A stretch of 64,000 bases of DNA from a virus (Duplodnaviria; Heunggongvirae; Uroviricota; Caudoviricetes): the IMG/VR virus record IMGVR_UViG_2799112923_000001; one strand, written 5' to 3'. The translations under genes and the position numbers were made by a program. Below are positions 57,587-64,000 of the stretch, one piece after another. How positions within the stretch are numbered: position 1 is the first letter of the stretch; each line of letters opens with the position of its first letter. The notes below the pieces were generated by a model. That model searched no databases, had not been told where the DNA came from, and saw only the letters and a list, made by a program, of their open reading frames with translations.

Positions 57587-58309
57587 ATGATGATGATGGA
57601 AGATAAGTATTTTCGTCACTATCCCGATTCGGACAGTTATAACCCAAAGGATGTTAAGAATCCTGAAGCCATTGGCGAATGGTTGTTAGCATATAATAAG
57701 ATTTATGAATTGTGTGAAAAGTATGGTTGTAAAGCCTGGGGTAATACTGACCTCGGTGGAAAACTCAACCCAATTCTCACACCTGATGAAATGCGAACAA
57801 AGTTATACAAACAGTTTGATAATGGTGAAGATTTTTGTGAATTTATCGGACCCACCATTGATAATTTTAACTATTTTGACCCAACACTAACAAAGTATGC
57901 TTCTAATGGTCCTTGTTTGAAGATTTGGGTTGGTACACGAAACAAGAACCAGATCAGATTAAAGAAACCAATTATCGTTACTAAATTTGAAATGCCAGGT
58001 TATACAATCCCCGATTTTTCTGTAAACATTGATAAAGAATGCGGTGATGAAGCCATTGATGGCATTATGGTTCCAGTCGCAACATGCCCAACTAACTATC
58101 ACTATTGGGAAAACAAGGAATGGAATTTTGACGAATTCAGTTCCGAAATTGATAAGTTTGATGCGTTTATGGAATTGAACAAGAAAGAATATGAACCAGT
58201 TCTGTTGGAATTGAGAAAGAAGATTTTAGCAGGTGGTGATATTGAAGTTCTTTGTAAAGAAGTAAATGACAAATACAATCTAGGATGGCAAATTGGTAGC
58301 ATGTTCTAA
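57587..58309 (+). CDS. hypothetical protein
   Basis: AGGAG RBS. Confidence 0.75.
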   Translation: MMMMEDKYFRHYPDSDSYNPKDVKNPEAIGEWLLAYNKIYELCEKYGCKAWGNTDLGGKLNPILTPDEMRTKLYKQFDNGEDFCEFIGPTIDNFNYFDPTLTKYASNGPCLKIWVGTRNKNQIRLKKPIIVTKFEMPGYTIPDFSVNIDKECGDEAIDGIMVPVATCPTNYHYWENKEWNFDEFSSEIDKFDAFMELNKKEYEPVLLELRKKILAGGDIEVLCKEVNDKYNLGWQIGSMF

Positions 58310-58634
58310 TATCTTTAACCAGGTCGCACAAGATTTTGGTTTAACTATAACTGTTCACGAGGACAGTAGTGTAGGGAAGTTTCAAAATTTTCCTGGGTTC
58401 GTAATTGCTAGTAATTTCAAAGACGGAAGTATCTTATCTGCGATGGCATTCAATGAGAAAGAAAAATGTTTTTGGGGAGCCGAAGCATATTACGATGAAA
58501 CTAAACTTCGTGAACATGTAGCCAAACTAATTCAACTGGCAAAGAACTCAATTATTGAGCATAAACTGGATAATATAAAAGAGGATTTCAAATGTTTGGC
58601 TTCTTTAAAAAACGAAACCCAAAACCAAAACTAA
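58293..58634 (+). CDS. DF-tail family protein with C-terminal extension
   Basis: KNSIIEHKLDNIKEDF followed by 14 extra residues. Confidence 0.7.
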   Translation: MVACSNIFNQVAQDFGLTITVHEDSSVGKFQNFPGFVIASNFKDGSILSAMAFNEKEKCFWGAEAYYDETKLREHVAKLIQLAKNSIIEHKLDNIKEDFKCLASLKNETQNQN

Positions 58635-59005
58635 CACCTGAAATAGTAAAGAATTTTAAAGAACAACTTTCTAAGTTGGATGGTGTATATTTAGGAACAG
58701 ACTATGACCCTGACGATTATAATATATGCGAAGGGTTATTGTTCTTTTCTTTATACGAAAAATTTTATATAGATGTAGAACCTGTATCTAATTATTCCGA
58801 CATTTCAGGTATTAAAGATTATAATGGGTGGGTTTTTAAATTGTGTAAAGGTGCTTATGTTTACAGAATTTATACGAATATATCTGATGTGATTAGAGAA
58901 TATGATACATTCCATGACATAACTGCGATTGACCCATACGATTTAGAGATAAAACAACACAAATTGGAAGATAAACTGAACCAAATCCAACAAGATTTTG
59001 AGTAA
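58592..59005 (+). CDS. DF-tail family protein
   Basis: Ends KQHKLEDKLNQIQQDFE*. Confidence 0.8.
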   Translation: MFGFFKKRNPKPKLTPEIVKNFKEQLSKLDGVYLGTDYDPDDYNICEGLLFFSLYEKFYIDVEPVSNYSDISGIKDYNGWVFKLCKGAYVYRIYTNISDVIREYDTFHDITAIDPYDLEIKQHKLEDKLNQIQQDFE

Positions 59006-59071
59006 TGTAAACATAATTTTACATAAAAACCCATAAAATCCATTGACAAACACATTAAAAATTACTATATT
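59006..59071 (+). promoter_or_regulatory. TGTAAA-N6-TTTACA box plus sigma70-type promoter
   Basis: Box 59006-59023, gap 19, TTGACA 59043, N17, TATATT 59066. Confidence 0.8.
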
Positions 59072-59111
59072 AACAATACAAAAAGAAAAACAATTTAACA
59101 AGGAGTTAAAA

Positions 59112-59651
59112 ATGGCCCGACAGATTATTGGTGTTGACAATCAAATTGATTTTGAAACTGGAGCACTTCCTAACCCTAAGTTTGTAGAAACTTTGGAGTA
59201 TCGTGTAAATCTCTGTAAGAACGCAGAACGCCCGGTGGTTCTCACTGCCGACACTCACACAGAAGAATATATGGAAACTCTTGAAGGTAAGAAGCTCCCG
59301 GTTCCCCATTGTATCAAGGGAACAGAAGGTTGGAAGCAGACCCAGGCAATTCTCAACGCATGTAAGAATCCAATTATTGTAGAAAAGACTACATTTGGTT
59401 ATGACAAGTGGAAGGAAATTTTTGGTCTAGCTGAAGACATTGACGAATTTTACATTTTCGGTACTGTAATGCCAATTTGCCCATTTGCTCAGGCTATCGG
59501 ATTGCGTATGGCATATCCAAATAAGCGAATCATCGTGGATTTCGCTGGTTGCGGTTTTATGGGAAACACTCCCGAAGAAATTGAGTTCTGTAAGAAGGCA
59601 ACCAAGTATGTTCTTACTATGCAGCAGATTGATGTAATCAACGCGGACTAA
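59112..59651 (+). CDS. pncA: nicotinamidase (isochorismatase family)
   Basis: Start ATG 59112 after AGGAG; VDNQIDF..GAL, DTH, PHCIKGTEGW, EK..FG, catalytic Cys in PICP. Confidence 0.85.
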   Translation: MARQIIGVDNQIDFETGALPNPKFVETLEYRVNLCKNAERPVVLTADTHTEEYMETLEGKKLPVPHCIKGTEGWKQTQAILNACKNPIIVEKTTFGYDKWKEIFGLAEDIDEFYIFGTVMPICPFAQAIGLRMAYPNKRIIVDFAGCGFMGNTPEEIEFCKKATKYVLTMQQIDVINAD

Positions 59652-59655
59652 AAGA

Positions 59656-59859
59656 ATGTACGAAAAGATTAATGTAAATGCGATTTATCCCCAGTATTCC
59701 GAACTGACCTCTTGGAATGGCGAAAAGCGAAAGATGTTAGTTTGGGATAACATGGGTGGTGAACCCAAGGTAGCATTTGTAACAAATTATGTTGCTGGCA
59801 TTTGGGTAACCAAGGAACAAGTGGGATATTTCCACGCCGCAGAAATTCCACAGGGATAG
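59656..59859 (+). CDS. hypothetical protein
   Basis: RKMLVWD...YFHAAEIP; operon context. Confidence 0.7.
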   Translation: MYEKINVNAIYPQYSELTSWNGEKRKMLVWDNMGGEPKVAFVTNYVAGIWVTKEQVGYFHAAEIPQG

Positions 59860-59971
59860 AATGAAAATAATCATTGGAATTATTTTATTACTAATCGTTT
59901 GTTTTCTAACCGCTATTAAGAACGCAGACGATAACGCAAACAACCACAAAGAATAAAAAGGAAAAACAACT

Positions 59972-60736
59972 ATGAACAAAATCACTACTGATGCAATTGA
60001 ATGGATTAAGAACTACTTCAAGACTACCAATGGTCGCAAGGCCGTAATTGGTATCTCGGGTGGTAAGGACTCTACCGTGGTAGCAGCTCTTTGTGCCAAG
60101 GCACTCGGAGCGGAAAATGTTGTTGGTGTTCTCATGCCAAATGGTGTTCAGTCCGATATTGCTGATTCCGAATTGGTTGTAAAGACCCTCGGAATTGAGA
60201 GTTTGGTTGTAAACATTCAGTATGCTTACATGAACCTGGTAAACCAGATCAACGAAAAGCATATTTCTAGCCAGGCCCAAATCAATATGCCTCCCCGTCT
60301 CCGTATGACAGTTCTCTATGGTGTGGCACAGAACATTGGCGGTCGTGTTGCTAACACTTGCAATCTCTCCGAAGATACTGTGGGTTACGCAACTCTCTAT
60401 GGTGATAGCGCTGGTGACTTCTCTCCACTCGCTCGTTTGACTACTGAAGAAATCGTTGCCATTGGTGATGACCTTGGTTTGCCATACGAACTTGTTCATA
60501 AGACTCCGAGTGATGGTCTTTGTGGTAAGACCGATGAAGATAATCTCGGCTGCACCTACCACGAAATCAATGAACTTATCCGTAAGGGAGTCAAGGGTCC
60601 GAACTACGATTTGATTATCAAGAAGTACAAGGCAAACAAGTTCAAGACGGACATCATTCGTATTCCAGCATTTGAACCAACGAATCCTCTTCTTCCCAAC
60701 TACATTCACGAAATGGATAACGCAGGAGCCCTCTAA
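59972..60736 (+). CDS. nadE: NH3-dependent NAD+ synthetase
   Basis: GISGGKDS, N..PRLRM, NLSE...GYATLYGD, PSDGL...TDEDNLG. Confidence 0.93.
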   Translation: MNKITTDAIEWIKNYFKTTNGRKAVIGISGGKDSTVVAALCAKALGAENVVGVLMPNGVQSDIADSELVVKTLGIESLVVNIQYAYMNLVNQINEKHISSQAQINMPPRLRMTVLYGVAQNIGGRVANTCNLSEDTVGYATLYGDSAGDFSPLARLTTEEIVAIGDDLGLPYELVHKTPSDGLCGKTDEDNLGCTYHEINELIRKGVKGPNYDLIIKKYKANKFKTDIIRIPAFEPTNPLLPNYIHEMDNAGAL

Positions 60737-60828
60737 TGAATACAAATGAACTAATTGCTATGGCATCAAAGTACAAGAACTTCAACGATTTTGTTCGGGC
60801 TTATGCCGAATCAAAGAAGGGGTAAACT

Positions 60829-61134
60829 ATGTTTCTCATTAAACTTGCATTCTTAATTAACCAAGCTGGTTTCGCAGCTTTCATGTTCTTGTTTGGAATT
60901 GCCCTCTATGTAGGAAAATTTCTGTACAAGACTGTACTAACACCTGTTCTTTGGGTATTGTGGCAGGGTGCTAAACTAATGCCAGAAGAAAAGGCCGACC
61001 CAAATCCACATGCTCTTGAAAAGATGGGAAATGCTTTTGCCAAGGGTGTATGTGGTGTAATGGATGGTGTAATCTTTAAGACAAAAGAACTGGAATGTGA
61101 AAAGTGGCTTAAAGAACACCCGGAGTTTAAGTAA
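60829..61134 (+). CDS. membrane protein
   Basis: Hydrophobic N-terminal half. Confidence 0.65.
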   Translation: MFLIKLAFLINQAGFAAFMFLFGIALYVGKFLYKTVLTPVLWVLWQGAKLMPEEKADPNPHALEKMGNAFAKGVCGVMDGVIFKTKELECEKWLKEHPEFK

Positions 61135-61373
61135 TGGCATTAAAAGTATCACCAAAGGACACAATAAGTCCCAGATGGAAAGCCAATGAAATTTTCCATT
61201 GGTTTCGCCCAAACGAAATTGAATTATATTTCGTTTGTGGTAAATGTGGTACTACAACTAAAGTAATTTTCAACAAAAACATTCTACCGAATATCAATGG
61301 TAATTGTTTGAAATTTGCTTGTGAATCGTGCCGAGAATCAAACGCAGTAAACATTTGTTTATTAGAGGAGTAA
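61134..61373 (+). CDS. Zn-ribbon protein
   Basis: CGKCG...CESC. Confidence 0.7.
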   Translation: MALKVSPKDTISPRWKANEIFHWFRPNEIELYFVCGKCGTTTKVIFNKNILPNINGNCLKFACESCRESNAVNICLLEE

Positions 61374-61377
61374 AACT

Positions 61378-61641
61378 ATGGAAGAAGTAATTGGATCTGG
61401 ATATGAACAGGAATCAATTTCCGAACAGGTAAAGAATAAGGTCAAAGAAATCAAGAACTCAAAGGTCTATAAGGACATTTTCTCTCACCCAATTACGGGT
61501 TGTTATGAACACCAGGACGAAAACGGAAATTGGGTAGAAGGTCCGGCACTCGGTCACAGCTATCATGGTGGCTATGACGAATATCACGAACAACATAAAT
61601 CCAAGCTTGAAAAGTGGCTTGAAGAAAAGGGGGTTCTCTAA
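61378..61641 (+). CDS. hypothetical protein
   Basis: GAGGAG RBS. Confidence 0.7.
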   Translation: MEEVIGSGYEQESISEQVKNKVKEIKNSKVYKDIFSHPITGCYEHQDENGNWVEGPALGHSYHGGYDEYHEQHKSKLEKWLEEKGVL

Positions 61642-61814
61642 TGAATTGGTTAGTTAAGAGAATTCTGTTTATTCTTGTAATGTGTATTGGTGGTATTTCA
61701 CTAGCCAACTGGCTTTATGGTCCTGTATCAAATGGATTCGCATTTGTTTATGGAATGATAGTCGGTGTTGCCGGTGCTATTCTATTCCCAAGAGAAGAAG
61801 AGGCGGATGAATAA
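61641..61814 (+). CDS. small two-TM protein (not in ORF track)
   Basis: MNWLVKRILFILVMCIGG...GAILFPREEEADE. Confidence 0.6.
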   Translation: MNWLVKRILFILVMCIGGISLANWLYGPVSNGFAFVYGMIVGVAGAILFPREEEADE

Positions 61815-62300
61815 ATGGCGAAGGATAAGTACGATAAGAAAGAAATTATCAAGCAGTTAAGAAATCTCGTTGCCAGCGACTCAGTCAAGTATGATGCTAC
61901 TAGATTGGCTAAGGTAGAAAACGAAATTAACCAAATGAACGATGACCAGATTAATCGTGCGTTGTTGTTAGCTGAGTTTCAATCTGCCCTAGTCCGAGAA
62001 AATTATTTTGACTGGACACCGGAAGAACTTAATGTAATCCAAGCTGCCATTGAATCATGTGGCATTAAGATTAACGAAGTCAAGAAAATGGACAAAGAAG
62101 ATGGCCGAGACGATTATGCGTTTGTTCTTGATGACGATTTGAAAGTTGTATGGGTGAACAAAATGAACCCATTCATCAAATCTGGTATATATAATCTATT
62201 GGGTGTTGGGTTGAATTTCCCTTGTAATAACTACCAAACAGTAGAAGAACTTGGGTCAGCCGTAGTTGAAACAATTAAAAAAGTAAGAGAGTACATGTAA
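61815..62300 (+). CDS. hypothetical protein
   Basis: ORF track, operon context. Confidence 0.75.
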   Translation: MAKDKYDKKEIIKQLRNLVASDSVKYDATRLAKVENEINQMNDDQINRALLLAEFQSALVRENYFDWTPEELNVIQAAIESCGIKINEVKKMDKEDGRDDYAFVLDDDLKVVWVNKMNPFIKSGIYNLLGVGLNFPCNNYQTVEELGSAVVETIKKVREYM

Positions 62301-62536
62301 TGAAAAAGTTATTTTTTGTATTAGCAGTTTTAGTTTCATTTTCATTTGGTGGAGAAAAAACAATCTTTGAAGTTTGTAATGACAAATTCTGTTATGAACA
62401 AATTTTAGAGAATGTGAAAAACTATGAGTGGAAGACTGATTATACAGGAAAGAAATTTCTTCGTGTGTATTTCTATGACAAACGATTGCTTGACATTAAG
62501 GGCGAAAACTTAACAATCAAGAAGAAAAAGAAATAA
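62300..62536 (+). CDS. small exported protein
   Basis: Signal peptide MKKLFFVLAVLVSFSFG. Confidence 0.7.
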   Translation: MKKLFFVLAVLVSFSFGGEKTIFEVCNDKFCYEQILENVKNYEWKTDYTGKKFLRVYFYDKRLLDIKGENLTIKKKKK

Positions 62537-62551
62537 AAAAGGAACTGAACT

Positions 62552-62932
62552 ATGAATAGATTACTTGAATTATTTGAATCAAGACCAAATATGTTTAGAC
62601 GATTGGCAAAGGGAACTGACCTATCAATCACCAATTATACTTCAGCTTCTTATGCTAATGCGTTTCACAAAGATAGAGCAACTGCAATTATCCAAATGAA
62701 ATCTAAACCATTTTTCTTTGGTATGTTTACAGAATACACAGTTCAAATGCCTAAACATTTGAAATTGTGCCAGTTTAAAGATAGCAAAGAATGGTACATT
62801 GGATATGATAATGATATGAAAAACATTATTACATATTCCGAGGGAAAAGAACATTTGCGTAAATTGATTGCTGAATACAAAAATCTTAAACACGAACTGA
62901 GTGCCAAAGATTTTGAATCCGATTTTATTTAA
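62552..62932 (+). CDS. DF-tail family protein
   Basis: Ends KNLKHELSAKDFESDFI*. Confidence 0.8.
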   Translation: MNRLLELFESRPNMFRRLAKGTDLSITNYTSASYANAFHKDRATAIIQMKSKPFFFGMFTEYTVQMPKHLKLCQFKDSKEWYIGYDNDMKNIITYSEGKEHLRKLIAEYKNLKHELSAKDFESDFI

Positions 62933-62934
62933 GA

Positions 62935-62991
62935 TGTAAATTTTTATTTACATCTTTTTTAATTGCCAAGTTTCTGTTAGTTTATTATATT
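62935..62991 (+). promoter_or_regulatory. TGTAAA-N6-TTTACA box plus sigma70-type promoter
   Basis: Box 62935-62952, gap 10, TTGCCA 62963, N17, TATATT 62986. Confidence 0.7.
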
Positions 62992-63016
62992 TGGTTGGTA
63001 AACAATGGAGGCAACT

Positions 63017-63442
63017 ATGGATGGAATTTTTGAATATCTTGACGAACTAATTAAACAAACACAGTCGCAGGAATTTGTTAGAAAACACCATTTTTATCTT
63101 GATGGTGAAAATGACAGTTATGATGGATATAATTATGGTGTAACGGCAGTTCACCAAGTTGGTAATGGTAAAAGAATTAAATATCCAATTTTCATTTGCT
63201 ACACAGACTGCTATGATATTGACGATAAATTTGAATTAAATCAGTATGAATATATTAACGATTTAAATTTATTCGTAAATAAGGGAACATTAGAATTTGA
63301 AAATGGAATTGGTGAACAGGAAATGACATTCCAAAAAGCAAAGAAATTTATTGATGCTCAGGTCCAACAGTTCTATTTGATTTCCAAATATCAAAAGATG
63401 AATGGTGAAATTGACAAGATTAACCAAGAATTTAGGGATTAA
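63017..63442 (+). CDS. DF-tail family protein (variant EF)
   Basis: Start ATG 63017 after GGAGG; ends KYQKMNGEIDKINQEFRD*. Confidence 0.7.
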   Translation: MDGIFEYLDELIKQTQSQEFVRKHHFYLDGENDSYDGYNYGVTAVHQVGNGKRIKYPIFICYTDCYDIDDKFELNQYEYINDLNLFVNKGTLEFENGIGEQEMTFQKAKKFIDAQVQQFYLISKYQKMNGEIDKINQEFRD

Positions 63443-63539
63443 CATAAGTTCTAAAACAAACTTTTTCAATGAAATATGGGTTGCTTTTGCGACCATATTT
63501 CTTATATTATAACAAAACAAAAAACTAAGGAGAATACTA

Positions 63540-64000
63540 ATGGATAAGAAAACTTTCGGTTCAAATTATATTAACTACATTTCCGCAAATAAGACTGAAC
63601 GAGAATGTGTTAGTGACGCAGTTGTTAAGGCTCGTTTTAATGGTTTCTTGACTATGAAGGAAATCAAGGCACATCATAACGATTTGCGTGTTGGTGATAA
63701 AGTTTATTTTGTAAACAAAGACAAGAATTTCGCGGCTTTTATTATTGGTAAGGGATTTGGCACCAGTGGTATTAATTTGCTCGGCGCCCATGTAGATAGC
63801 CCAAGATTGGATTTAAAGACCCAGCCACTCTATGAAGATGGTGATGTGGCTTATTTTGATACTCAGTATTATGGTGGAATTAAGAAGTATCAGTGGGTAA
63901 CTCGCCCATTGGCAATTCATGGTAAGGTTTGTTTTACCGACGGTTCTAGTTTGAATGTAGTAATTGGCGAAGACCAAGCTGACCCAATTTTCTGTATTAG
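63540..64000 (+). CDS. M18-family aminopeptidase, 3'-truncated (not in ORF track)
   Basis: My translation: MDKKTFGSNY...KTEREC...GAHVDSPRLDLK..PLYED...TQYYGGIKKYQW..RPLAIHG. Confidence 0.88.
   Translation, partial: MDKKTFGSNYINYISANKTERECVSDAVVKARFNGFLTMKEIKAHHNDLRVGDKVYFVNKDKNFAAFIIGKGFGTSGINLLGAHVDSPRLDLKTQPLYEDGDVAYFDTQYYGGIKKYQWVTRPLAIHGKVCFTDGSSLNVVIGEDQADPIFCI

Noticed and set aside
12184-62952. Calling the palindromes a true TyrR aromatic amino acid regulon
   Set aside because: The consensus matches, but no aromatic-metabolism genes or tyrR are present; the binding factor is unknown.
12266-63442. DF ending explained purely as a by-product of AGGATTT ribosome-binding sites
   Set aside because: Operon-terminal members keep DF with non-SD synonymous codons, and the K(-14), h(-6), h(-3) pattern extends well beyond an RBS.
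1-64000. Stop-codon recoding, CRISPR arrays, tRNA/rRNA genes, transposases or integrases
   Set aside because: Genes are intact under code 11 with TAG and TGA used as stops; no regularly spaced repeats or cloverleafs seen in the short intergenic gaps (by eye only).
1-64000. Naming the host
   Set aside because: TTGACA/TATATT promoters and SD use argue against Bacteroidetes, but nothing here identifies the host without searches.

Overview
AT-rich, densely coded, mostly + strand segment of a large lytic dsDNA phage of T4-like (jumbo) type, read with the standard genetic code. Recognisable genes are: a UvsW helicase (split or frameshifted); a gp14-like neck protein beside three large putative virion proteins; an M15 peptidase and an SLT transglycosylase; an NAD-dependent DNA ligase encoded as two separate genes; a four-enzyme deamidating NAD+ salvage route (PncA, PncB, NadD-Nudix, NadE); CoaD; a SpoT-type HD hydrolase; a metallophosphoesterase; an M18 aminopeptidase; and a small glyco-enzyme cluster. 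Most of the window is small hypothetical ORFs, and these show three patterns. (1) About 42 otherwise unrelated proteins in sigma70-type transcription units share one C-terminal motif, K-x7-h-x2-h-x2-D-F near the stop (h = hydrophobic). (2) Nine proteins, eight behind a T4-type late promoter and one behind a near-consensus copy, share an 18-aa leader, MxLxEAxxILxxxGYhxE, which resembles a cleavable capsid-targeting peptide. (3) 13-14 TTGACA-N16/17-TATATT promoters carry an upstream TGTAAA-N6-TTTACA palindrome at helically phased distances (9-10 or 19 nt). All calls come from motif recognition by eye; no database searches were run. No tRNA, rRNA or CRISPR array was seen.
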